The notes below the pieces were generated by a model. The model was not told the origin of the DNA, did no database searches, and worked only from the letters and a program-made list of their open reading frames with translations. From Oopsacas minuta (Eukaryota > Animalia > Porifera), in contig JAKMXF010000277.1 in the NCBI GenBank assembly GCA_024704765.1, positions 310,001 through 374,000 on the forward strand: a stretch of 64,000 nt of DNA, given 5' to 3'. This document shows, piece by piece, positions 37,861-49,566 of this stretch (position 1 is the stretch's first letter; every line of letters begins with the position of its first letter). The position numbers and the translations under genes are program-made.

Positions 37861-39317
37861 TCTATGGCTTATCTACAGTCATTAACAAAAGTTTAGACAT
37901 ACCGCATCCAGGCGATCATAATCAACAAAGGGGGCAGACAAATGTCTTTGTCATATTATGAGCGATAAATCAGGCAATAGAACAATAATTATAATCTATC
38001 TGGGACATAACTCATGAAACTTTTATATTCATTCTACCAACATCTTCTAAGGGACTTGAGGACGCTGTCACGCAGGAACAACAATTAGTACATAGATATA
38101 TAGCAAACCAATGAAAACGCCTTCTCTATGGAGTACAAACTCGAATTAGGGAGGTCGTTCCCTAAGAAATTTACATTAATTGGAATGCTCACTATCTACA
38201 TATTGTATTGGCAGATAGCGTGAAAAAGGTTGTTGATGCAAGGAGTGTTATTACCTTATTAGTATATTTTTGAGCTACAGATAGAATTTTTACCCAGAAT
38301 AACAGGTCCTTCAATTGCAGAGATTATCAGACAAACGTTGGGTTTGCTGATACAGAGCCATAGCTGCTATGTGTTGCAGATTTGATGTTGTACTTGCAAC
38401 GCTATCAACCGTAGCGAATGGAATTGAAGTGATGGAATAAAAGCTGTGGAAGCTAAACGTTTCCTTTTTCAAGTCTCATCTGTTAAATCATATGCTTGGT
38501 AGTGTCTAAATATAAATAAAATGTGTCATCTTTAGCACTGTTGTATGACAGATTTACTACCTCTATTACTGGTATCATGGATACTCTATATCCATGACAG
38601 ATTCACTAACTTACATGAGAATGATTATCCTTTAATCATGACATGAAATCGTATAACGCATATCTTAGTTCTTATCGCACTAATGATGATGCAATAAATG
38701 CATTTTCAACGGTTTATTTATTTATGCTCTAGAGTTATATTTCCAAGTTAGCATAGGCAACAGAAGAGAATATATGACAAAAAGTTTCAAACTAACAGGT
38801 TAATGTTATTTTAATGTTAGAGACTGCATGCAGCACCTAAACAGTAACTAGTTGATACTATAAATGAATTGTTTCGTATAGTATCTCAAATTGATTGTAA
38901 ATAATTCTATTTGGTGAGCAAAGTGTGACAGCCTCATTCATCTTGTAACATGAATTGTGACAAAAATGGTCGCGAAAAATTGATATCGGAAGCAACCAAG
39001 CAGGTATGACCCCTAATCAAGGGTAAATCTCCACACCAACAAGCCAGTAGTGCCTCAAAATGACCTGGAACAACTTCCAAGTAGGTATAGTCACTAACCC
39101 AGGGTAATTTCCCATTACAACCTAGCCACTAGTTCCTGGTAAGACCTGGAACAACGAACATTCTCCGAAACCAATTTCTCGTGTAAATTCTTCCGCGACA
39201 AAATTTCCCCGCGACCATCTTTCCTTCAACGACATATTTGATAATTAAAATTGAGGATTATATAATTATGAATACGGTAAATAAAATAGCAAATATAATC
39301 TATAGAGCATTCAAATC

Positions 39318-39578
39318 AGGGGCGGATACAAGGGGAGTGCTAGGAGGGCCATAGCCTCCCTGAGATTTTGAGATCTAATTTTCCGTCTCAAAATGAATAA
39401 CTAAAAAGATAAATTAACCTAAATTGTTCCTCCATAAGTGGTAGAAATAGCTGTAGTTCGCTATTTCAGCGTATAACTTATTAAAATTTATGGGGGCCTT
39501 GTCCTCCAGACCCCCCTTAGGGATAGCTCGCTATGCTCGCAACTTGGTCCTCCTAAGATTGTATCCTGGATCCGCCCA
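39318..39578. mobile_element. GC-rich-ended MITE (ggggcggatacaagg ... cctggatccgccc)
   Basis: Imperfect inverted termini. Similar GC-rich MITE ends at 1-63, about 14690-14820, 40200-40440, 55720-55850 and 59200-59300. Confidence 0.5.
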
Positions 39579-39657
39579 TGATTCAAATCCTTGAAGCAAT
39601 AATGAACAAGCCAACATACAAACTAACTATGTATTCTAATATCTGCTAAGGTTTGCA

Positions 39658-39966
39658 TTACACTGTGTAGAGCATGATGATAGCTAAAGCAGATAGTATT
39701 AACAACAAACTCCTAGCTATATCAACTGCTGAATTGTAACAATAATTACATGTATATTTGGAATGTTCAGCAGGGAGCTTGAATGCAGAGAAAGGAGTGC
39801 TACATTGTTGTAGGTAGTCATATTTAAAACATTTCTACTTCATCGGATCCTAAATTAATGGTTGTAGCGTATGAAACAGGCAATCCGTTAACAACAACAA
39901 GTTGAGCGATATCCACTGATACAGGTATAGTGAGTGTTCCTTCAGGGCCTTCTGGAGCAGTAGTAT
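39658..39966 (-). CDS. Putative last two exons of an unannotated GPI-anchored or tail-anchored protein
   Basis: Exon 39966-39839 (TTAPEGPEGTLTIPVSVDIAQLVVVNGLPVSYATTINLGSDE) and exon 39777-39658 (LPAEHSKYTCNYCYNSAVDIARSLLLILSALAIIMLYTV*). Both acceptors are polypyrimidine-AG and the 61-nt intron is phase 0. Upstream exons were not found. Confidence 0.4.
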
Positions 39967-42248
39967 CTGCAAATCGAGTAAAATTATTGAAATAAAAAAG
40001 GGAAAATAGATGGTATGAAAAAGGCTTGCTAATACATTCACTATTTACATCTTTTGCCGAGAGTAGGTATATTCATTGAATTTATTTAAAGCAGCACTAT
40101 TAATTATTTCATTTGAGGGATGATGCTAGTTTAGGGAAAATTTAATATTTCATAACGCTCAAGTACATAGTGTCAAAGGAATTCATAAAATCTGATATCA
40201 GGGGCGTAGGAAGCAAGTATGGAGTGGTGGGGCCAATTATAGCTGGTAATGGCAAGAATATGATATGAATAATCCAAGAAATTCTAGATAACATGAGCTA
40301 TCAGATACATAAGTTAGAAAGTTACAATCGTGGACATATAAGCATTAACAGAAGGACACCAGAACTAATAATAGTATTGATCTGTATTATAATGTGGTGG
40401 GGCCATGGTTCGATTGGCCCCACCTACACTTACGCTCGTGAATACTATACTATAGGCAAAACTTTGTAATTGATATATTAATATGTTTTAACATTAGATT
40501 TCTATTACTTTAAACTGATCCCTTATTTTGTTATTCTAATATCATAATTCATACTAACTAATGAACTACTAACTACATCGTGAATATCATTATGTATTTT
40601 GGATAATTTAATATCAATCTCTCAATTATGGTAAGTTATTTCAGAATCCATATTCATTATGTAGGAAGAGGTTAGCTGGAATTGAAGGGCAGTGCGATCC
40701 AGATGTAGCACGAATTTAAAATGAGGCTTGAACTCTCATTCTAAATGTCGCCTCATCAGTAATTTGAGGATTCTAGGTTGTACTCATACTTACCAACTCA
40801 GGCCCGTAGTCAAGGGATAAGGAGACTAGCCCCTCTGGTGGACTTTGAGCTTCCCCTAGAAAATTTGGGCGCCATCTAAAGTATTCTTGCTGTGATATAT
40901 CTATATAATATGTGCTGACAGGCGACAGCATTATATTATAATTGAATTTATTTATCTAGCACTATTTATTAGAGGCACTACACAATGTTATATTTACCCT
41001 TAAATCTCACGCGCCGCCTATGGCAGGAAGTATATCCTTTGATTGATTATATATTGCTTACTTCATTTTTAACAAATCTTCATAAACACAAAGCAAAAAC
41101 CAAAAGATTTAGATAACACACATTCTGCTAACATACCCAAGTTAATGTGGGGAAAATTATAGATTTCAACATATATTCAGAGAATGTTATCATTCCAGAA
41201 TAGATATTTCAAATTTCACATAATTTCATAAATACAATCAAGTATTATCTTTAAGACATCGCCTTTAAATAATTCCCATCATGCCTAATTGATTATGCGA
41301 TTTGAAGGTATCATATATTAGCATTAAGATGTTGTACTATATCAGGGGTGTCAAACTTATGGCCCTCACCAAGTATATACAGATTAATGAGTCAAATTGG
41401 AGTAATTTTTCGTTTTCCGCCAATGTATTTGGTCAATTCTACAAATTAACTTTTTCGATTAATAATGGAAAGTATTGTTCACCATTATTTTGCATTGGCC
41501 CTGAAATTTGAAAGGTTTGACACCACATACTACTATTAGATTACAGTAAGTATGAATTCTTACTTTGATTATCAAGTCTATAACAATATGTCTACTTTTC
41601 CATAAATTACTGTATTTACTATATGGACTCTAGAACATAAATCTGAAACCTGATCAGCCCCATATATCTTTCAGGTTAATCAGGTTTCAAGTGATAAGTA
41701 TATAGTGCATGTATTATATACTTACATGTACAATTGATTAGGATACGCGTACGATTACAATAAATGTCATGATGACAAGTTAATAGGAACCCAATCAAAG
41801 TTTCACTAATCCGATCAATGCAATCGGTTTCTTGGCAATTGTTACAGAGCAGTTCGATTCACAAGGGTTTACAAAGTAGTGACATCCAGACCCGTATTCT
41901 GTACCTTAGTATTGGAGGTATTAAAGAAATATTTTGGTATCAGTTCATAGGCGTAGTCCCAGAGGGAACCTGGCTGCAAAATTATGAGTAAGGCCACCAA
42001 ACATTTGTTTCACAGCATGTGTGAAATTCAAAAACATGTACCCGCTCGTATATCCAAACATATATATATATATATATGTATATATCGTTCTCCACTACTG
42101 CCATGCGTCGGTTATGCTCCATTTCCCCTTCCCCCTTTCTATCGCCGTCTATTCATCTCCAACCTGTATCAGCTGGATATACCCTCATTTAATCAATTTT
42201 AATTTGGATTAATATATTTGAGAATTAACCCATACTGAGTATATTCTT

Positions 42249-43553
42249 CGAGGGTCAGTCCAAAAGTTTTGTCGTACACAAAAAATATAATAACAAATTT
42301 AATCAAACTTTCACAGTTTCTCAAAGTAACGACCACAACAATCTATGCAAAGTTGCATACGATGAAACCAACTGTCGAAACAACTATGCCATTTTTCCTC
42401 TGGCAGGCTCCAAAGGGCCTCTTCAAATGCCAGACGAGCCTCTTCAGGACTCTCAAACCTTATTCCACGGGTCTTTTCCTTGATTGTTGGGAACAAGAAA
42501 AAGTCGCATGGAGCTAAATCTGGACTGTAAGGTGGATGCGATACCAACTGGACCGAATTTTCAGCCAGGAAGTCCAATGTTTTGGCTGCTGTGTGTGAAG
42601 ATGCATTATCGTGGTGAAGGAGAAGTCCTCTGATACCAGTCTTAGGGCGACGAGAACTCCAAGCTTCGAAAGCCTTGGGCAGGCAATTGTTAATGTACCA
42701 ATCAGCATTGACGGTACGACGATCCTCGATAGGAATTATTGCTACTGGGCCAGTCTTACAGAAAAAGCAGCCACCATCTTCTTCCCAACGCTGCGAGCCC
42801 GGCGAACTTTAACAGGGGGATCTTCGCCAGGAAACACCCAGATTGAAGATTGCCGCTTTGTTTCCGGATCGTACTGATAGATCCATGTCTCATCACATGT
42901 TAGTATGTCGTACACTCGTTTAGACTCTCCTCCTTTAAATTTCTTGAGCATAAACTTGCACCATTCTACCCTTGCCTCTAATTGCATTTCAGAGAGATTA
43001 TGAGGGATCCATCGGGCCGCAAGCCTTCTGACACCAAGATAATCATGTAGAATAGTATTGATGGCGGCTTTCCCGATCTTTAGGGTCTCAGCAAACTGCT
43101 CATAGTTAATGCGGCTATCCTCCCTGATTAATGTCTCGCAGCAGCAATAGTCTCTGGGGTGACGGCGGTTGAAGGTCGCTCAGACCTAGCCTCATCTTGT
43201 AATGACGTTCTCTCCCTCCTGAAATCTAGATACCAACGCTCCACTGTACGCTTAGATGGAGCTTGATCTTGGAAAGCTTCCACCAAGTTATCATGACTCT
43301 GCTCCACTGATATCTTGCGCATAAAGTCATAAAACATCATGGCTCTAAAATCCCTTCTTTCCAGTTCCATTCAGTAATAATAAAATCTGTATATAGGCTT
43401 ATGGATAAAATAGCGTTACTCAGGAAATAAGTGTTGAATATAGCTCAAATTAATAGTAGAGTCATTATACATATCTAAGTATATAGTGTTGTATTTATTT
43501 GATTGGAGACAAAATAGAACCTTTGTACGACAAAACTTTTGGACTGACCCTCG
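42249..43553 (-). mobile_element. Mariner (D34D) element with frameshifted transposase
   Basis: 30-bp TIR cgagggtcagtccaaaagttttgtcgtaca. Transposase 43370-42311 carries WIPHNL, DETW, HHDNA and YSPDLAPCD (34 residues counted). Two 1-nt deletions near 43135 and 42770. Confidence 0.93.
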
Positions 43554-43591
43554 TATATTCTTTGAGATTTATAGGATTTAATTAATACACA

Positions 43592-44251
43592 ATGCTGAAA
43601 GTTTTCCTGTTAATCTCATGTATTGTACTCATTCAAACGCAAATAACTCCCCCGAATATTTCTCTGAGTCATACTGCATTCTATACAATATTTGATCATT
43701 CAGTTACAGAACCAGTTGAGGGCATGTTATGGAGAGATGACGTCAGAGGATTAGAGAGGAGATTCATGTCTGGGGTTATTCCGTTAATAGATGCACCATC
43801 AGGATATTTCCTCGTCAGCACAGGAGACGCGGGAACCTGGATTTATTCAGAGGAAGAATGCAATTACACTGTAGGAGCTCCTCCTCTACTAAATTTTTTC
43901 AGCTTTTTACAAAATTCTAATCTCACCTACGAATTAGAAGGAGAAATCGAACGTTGGTCACAATTTGTAGGATTTTACAATTCAATGACTGTAAATCGAA
44001 ATGATCGGACCAGACCATTAACCTATTCATTCGGCTTCAGTACAGCAACAGCTACGAATATCACTATATACTGTTGGGATGGAAATGAGCCAGATCAGCG
44101 AGTTTACTACCTACCAGATACCTGTCAAGGAGTATGTGAACAATGTACCAGCATTCTCTACCTTGAAGCAATGGCGTGTCCGTCATGTGCTGCTATGAAT
44201 ACTATAGCAATAATATGTTTAGTATTGAGTCTAATAGTGACAATGTTTTAA
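43592..44251 (+). CDS. Secreted, probably GPI-anchored ependymin-related (EPDR-like) protein
   Basis: Signal peptide, P..S..YT, G.LW.D....R, central Cys, W...MTV and EPDQRVYYLPDTC resemble the ependymin pattern. A Cys-rich stalk and hydrophobic tail follow. Confidence 0.55.
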   Translation: MLKVFLLISCIVLIQTQITPPNISLSHTAFYTIFDHSVTEPVEGMLWRDDVRGLERRFMSGVIPLIDAPSGYFLVSTGDAGTWIYSEEECNYTVGAPPLLNFFSFLQNSNLTYELEGEIERWSQFVGFYNSMTVNRNDRTRPLTYSFGFSTATATNITIYCWDGNEPDQRVYYLPDTCQGVCEQCTSILYLEAMACPSCAAMNTIAIICLVLSLIVTMF

Positions 44252-44792
44252 CTTTTTATTCGTTTAGTTGGTTAGCTAAAGAAACAGTGAGATTGTTGTA
44301 ATATCTAGAATTAGTAACTATTAGAATTAGCAATTTGTATATTTTTTGTATTTGTGTATTAATATGTATATATTTGACATTATTTCTTGGACTTGGCTTC
44401 ATATACGGGCAAAACAGGGCAGTTATTCTTTTGTGGATAATTGTGTTACTTATGTGAGATGTCTTAACAGCAGCACATAGTCTCATCAGACACCATTACG
44501 AAGTCTGTTGAATAAGTGAATCCACATGATTTTTCAGCTTAAACTTAAATACGGCCGGGAATGATGTGGATATTGTATCCCAATAAATATCCTAATTACG
44601 TACATAAAGTATTGATTTGATGCTTCAATGCAGCATTTTCAGGAAGGGAAATGCGACAAATCTGGTCAGACTATGACCATAGATCCGACAAGATTTTTTT
44701 TCTCAAAATGATTCATTCAACAATACTCAAAAAACATATTTTTCATATAAGTATTCGAAATAACAACTTATCCGAGTTTATCAATATATAAA

Positions 44793-45164
44793 TCAAGAAA
44801 ATCTATTAAAGAATGAGATATTTGAAGACATATTCTGTGATGGCGCTGCGAATGGCATGAGCGGTGCGGATGGAGTTACATAATCTTCATGAATCTTGAT
44901 AGGCTGGGCATCATCATCGTCATCTGTGTAGTGATTAATTGCCATTAATGGTTCCGCTTCTTCCTCATCATCATCATAATATTCTCTCTGTTGAGCTTTC
45001 TTCCTCTTTTGTACTTTACATATTACGAAGCAGATACATGTAAACCAACATACAGTAAAACATACTATTAAGAATAAAACTCCAAATGAACCTATAATGA
45101 GGACTGGGACAGATATGCCAAATAAATCACCTGGCACATCATCGGTAGGATTGTTCTGCAGCAT
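44793..45164 (-). CDS. Small single-pass membrane protein (Cys-rich TM, basic stop-transfer, acidic cytoplasmic tail)
   Basis: VPVLIIGSFGVLFLIVCFTVCWFTCICFVIC-KVQKRKK. The start is uncertain (ATG 45164 or an upstream exon). Confidence 0.55.
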   Translation of the reverse strand: MLQNNPTDDVPGDLFGISVPVLIIGSFGVLFLIVCFTVCWFTCICFVICKVQKRKKAQQREYYDDDEEEAEPLMAINHYTDDDDDAQPIKIHEDYVTPSAPLMPFAAPSQNMSSNISFFNRFS

Positions 45165-46660
45165 TGTTTCCTCCACGAAGGCTCTATTAAGAAGATTCCT
45201 ATACAAATCAATAAAAGAACTAAAATATACATTATACATTATATCAATGTTTTTCAACCTTATTAAAGTGCGGCACACCACTTTCATATATAATTTGCAA
45301 AGAATACTTGTAAAATCGCTGACTAAATTTTCCAAGAATTATACCATATGTAATTTTTTTGGTTTATGAAACACCCTGAAAGCATAGTATACAAATTTGT
45401 TCTATGCCAGTGACTTTTTGGTGGTGCACTTAACAACGTTCTGAGCCACACAATTGTCCCCTGCACACCGATTGAGAACCACTGCATTCTATAATTATAT
45501 AATCAGAGCACTTTCAAAAGAAGGATTCAAACCTAGCCAGGCCTTTATCTAGGTGGTTCCGCGCACTCAGGAGTGCGCGATTTTTGGGAAATAGTTATGA
45601 GGGTGCCCAAAATCTGACCTTATAAGGTGGTATCCCCTTGCTCTTAATACATGAGGGTGTGGGAAATTAGATCTATGTACACTTAGGGTGCGCGGGTTAC
45701 CTAACTCTAGATGAAGCCCTGAACCTAGAGCAATAACATTGATAAAATACAAAAACATGTTAATTTCGCTATACTGGACGACATCTTAGATGGTAAGTTT
45801 CCCAGTTTAGTTGTGTTAATTTTGGGAAATTCTATTCAAAGATTCATCTAATTGTGCGTGTAACAATATTTATGATACACTATTGGAATATACCAGGAAT
45901 TTACTTCGTAATCAGGCAGGAAATTTCAAATCCACTGAAAATGTCTATTTTAGTCTTTATTAACGGAAGTGATATGTAATACTAATACATATCATGGGAT
46001 CATGGTAAATTTGACAATTGAAAACGGGAAATATTATGTAAAGGGGTTTGTAATATGCAAGTGAGAACACTAATATAATCTCATATACAATTATCTAGTG
46101 CCTACTAAATATTATGAATTTATGTATAGAAGGATATATTGTTGGGATAATTATTTCAATTACTGTGGTTCATATTACAAGAAGTATTCATTTTCCAGTA
46201 ATCTCTTATTACAAATTTACATATATCATATTCAAATATTTCAAAGAGATGGTCTTTTGATGAACAAATATATGAATATAATAACAAGAATATTTATTGC
46301 TCAAAAGGATAGTCCTTTCTATCCTGGAAGTGTAAAGTGGTTTCTTGTCAAGGCTTGGCACTGATATATCGCTCATGGAGAAATCAAAAGTTCAGGCCAA
46401 AGCCAAAATCTAAGATCTTTGTTCTTGATCTGATGACACTAGCGTATATCTTCCTATCTATCGATTACAATGTCGAATAAAATTGATAGTATTAGTGATA
46501 TTACCTAAAGTAAAATTGTAAAAATTAAGGGATATATTCCAAACAGTGCACATAATTTTGGAAATGATATTACAAATTGGCATACACAAATATATAAATA
46601 GTGATTTATCTAGCATTGAAGTAGTTTTGACGTTAGGGGTAAATTTCTAACTTATAAAAA

Positions 46661-47872
46661 ATGAAATTTGTATACAAATATTTAGTAAGTAATTATATCT
46701 TGGAGGTAATATTGGATATTATTTGTATTTGTGTCTTTTCTATCCACATTATTCTACTACTTGCATGGCTAATTGTCTTATTTCAATCTATAAAACGTTC
46801 GAGGGGGAAAATGAAGTATTCTATTCTAGCTCTATGCCAACAAGATGTCAAATTGGAGGCTCTAAATTCAAGAGTAGAATACCGTAAATGTTTATTCCTG
46901 TTTGCTATTGTATTATGCGAGCTAATTTCTTCAAGCTTTACCATACTCACAGGTATAAATTCAATATTTTATTTTTTCTCCAATCATTCTAATATACTGT
47001 CACATAATCATGATAGACCAGCATACAATATGGAAGGTGCTAGAGCAACTAATCTCACTCCATCATATGATTTCCCTAACTATAGTGTTTCAGTGGGCTT
47101 CAATGGTATGGCTTTTCATGTTGCTTTCGGTATTCCTTTGGTTTTAGCTTTCTCAATGGTTTACACTCTCATGTCCTATTATGTAATGGTAACTAAGAAG
47201 TCCCTGAATTACAATAACCCACTGAAATCAGTGGAATTAGCAAGTAAACACAAGTTTTTCCTTCTCAGTTCATCTCTTGCTTGTGTCATCCTGTTCTTAT
47301 TGTTACTAAGTGAGGAGGTGTATATCATTCTGCATATATTTGAGTGCTGCATTGTCACAGTACAATTAGTTCTTACATTTCACTACAGAGCTAAACTTAT
47401 TTGTGTTATCAAATGGAAGAAATTGGATGCTAAAATAGCATTTGGAAAAGACCATTATTTATTCAAATCATATTCGAATACCCTTCGAAAATTTAAAAGA
47501 TTCACATTTATTTATATTATTATTGTGGCTTCATTCTATCTTCATGTAATTTTCCGAATCCCAATAGTATTATTAACAGAGCATAAAGAATGGTTCCGTG
47601 TACTTACAAATGCACTACTCATACATTTTGATGGATTCAAGGAATTTTCTTACATAGCTAGTACAAGTGCATATATTCTTGAGGAAGCAGCTTTGTCTCT
47701 CTCCCTTATCTGTCTATTCTTCCTGAATATATGTAGTCTCCCTTTTTTGTTATCAAAAACAAATATAACTCCTCAATTCAACTGCAAACATTTCTGTTTC
47801 AGGGTTAATATGAACTTGAGGGAACCTCTGTTAAATAATATACATTATGTTTGGATTATTAATTGCACATGA
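46661..47872 (+). CDS. Orphan 7-TM-like membrane protein, copy A (403 aa)
   Basis: About seven hydrophobic segments, intronless. Paralog of 51031-52224 and 57301-58473. Confidence 0.75.
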   Translation: MKFVYKYLVSNYILEVILDIICICVFSIHIILLLAWLIVLFQSIKRSRGKMKYSILALCQQDVKLEALNSRVEYRKCLFLFAIVLCELISSSFTILTGINSIFYFFSNHSNILSHNHDRPAYNMEGARATNLTPSYDFPNYSVSVGFNGMAFHVAFGIPLVLAFSMVYTLMSYYVMVTKKSLNYNNPLKSVELASKHKFFLLSSSLACVILFLLLLSEEVYIILHIFECCIVTVQLVLTFHYRAKLICVIKWKKLDAKIAFGKDHYLFKSYSNTLRKFKRFTFIYIIIVASFYLHVIFRIPIVLLTEHKEWFRVLTNALLIHFDGFKEFSYIASTSAYILEEAALSLSLICLFFLNICSLPFLLSKTNITPQFNCKHFCFRVNMNLREPLLNNIHYVWIINCT

Positions 47873-48535
47873 GTGAATGTTGTATGAGTAATTGGTTGTT
47901 TTGGCTCAATTAAATTTTGAAAGTATACTTTGATAACATTGTATGGTCACTTGACAGGAAACAGAACCATGTCAGGTTAATCACTTCATTTCGGATAATC
48001 GGGTCAAAATGACCAGATCTGGTTTTTCAATTTCAAGATTGTTTATTTCAAAGGTTAAATTCAATCACATAAATATTTCAACTTAGATTGTTCAATTTCC
48101 CACTTCTTAGAAAAATTTGCCATAGCCTGAATTCTTCCACTCATTTGGCCAAAAATAATCTGCAGTAGCACTACTAGCCTGCCTGTGACTGCGTTTAACC
48201 AAAAAAATCAGAGCAGCCATGACAACGTTTCCAAACCTGTTGGTATCGTGAACGCCTTATCAATTTTCTTTGGACCATGCAGGTTGAGAAATCCTGAGTA
48301 ATGAAATGGAATAATATGAATTTATTGATTGAACACAAAAATAATTTGATAAGAATCGTTAATAATCCCTTTACAAACCGATACGATCTATAATCGTTAT
48401 TAAAAATTGTAATAATTCAAGTCTTTAAAGTTCTTTAGAAGATTTGTATAAACTGTATTATTGAAGTGATAATGCATATATATGTTCAATACAAATATGT
48501 TGGCAATTATAAAGAACTCAATATCCCCGAAAATT

Positions 48536-49566
48536 CTATAGAATTTTACAATTCTGTTTAGACTTCATACAACTTCTAGGCTTCAGAGCTGATAATATAA
48601 CTTCGTTAAATACGTTCTTCAATCCTTTATTTGTTAGAGCAGAGCACTCAACATATTTCATAGCGCCTATCTCTCTCATCATCTGAACGCCTTCAGGATG
48701 TGAGACTGGTGTTAGTCTCTTTCTTTTTAGTGTTGATAATGCATCTTGATCATCTCGCAAATCTAATTTAGTTCCAACGAGTATCTTGGGTATGCTCGCA
48801 CAATGGAAATTAACTTCAGGATCCCATTTGAGTTTTACGTTTCTGAAAGAAGACGGACTTACTAGTGAGAAACAAATCAAAAATGCATCTGCTTCTGGAT
48901 ACGACAACGGCCTTAAACTGTCGTAATCGGATGCACCTAACAATTATATAACAGTGAAACTCTAATAAGATGTATCCCTTTGAGAAACAAATCAGTAGTA
49001 CGTACGTACTTTCTGAGTGTACAATTTATGAATACGATCTGATTAAAATAAATAGGAAGTAATATCATACACTAACCTGATGTATCCCATAGTCTCATGT
49101 TAAGCGGCTTGTCATCAACCAGGACATTTGCAGAAAAGTTATCGAATCTAATTTGAGTAATAATTATTTAAATACAGTATTACCTTGAATAATTGCCCCC
49201 TTATAACTACTTACAGTGAATTATATTTTCCATTTATTTTGATCAATCAACTGTTTTTAGGATAAATGCAAATAATACAAGCACATAGATATGATTAACT
49301 CGAAGTTATCATGTTTAAAAATCGAAACTTCCCTCTTCAAATGAATAATCACCACGGATATTATTCGAGGTAATACTGTAATTAACTTACATAGTGGGGA
49401 TGTATGATTTTGGAAATTTACTATTCGTATAGCTTTCTAAGAGACAGGTCTTACCAACAGCTCTAGAGAAATAGAATGTAGATCAAATCAATAGTAAAGT
49501 CTAAGCATTTTGTGTAGTTACATAAACTCACCTGTCTCCGACTACAACACAGTTGATAAATATCAT
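48536..49566 (-). CDS. Atypical Rac-like Rho GTPase, 4 exons, 192 aa (G12R, A59S, Q61A)
   Basis: Exons 49566-49532 (35 nt), 49462-49391 (72 nt), 49147-49077 and 48936-48536. Motifs [48 protein letters not shown] and CAAX CKIL. Confidence 0.92.

Noticed and set aside
38280-38510. Exon-like segment on the minus strand
   Set aside because: Has acceptor- and donor-like ends but stops in all three frames and no recognisable homology.
38995-39160. Diverged about 80-bp tandem pair as a coding repeat
   Set aside because: Multiple stops; probably a decayed repeat remnant.
45515-45590. tRNA or tRNA-derived SINE (GGTTTGAATCC on the minus strand)
   Set aside because: No cloverleaf or A-box could be built. 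No tRNA or rRNA genes are supported in this window.
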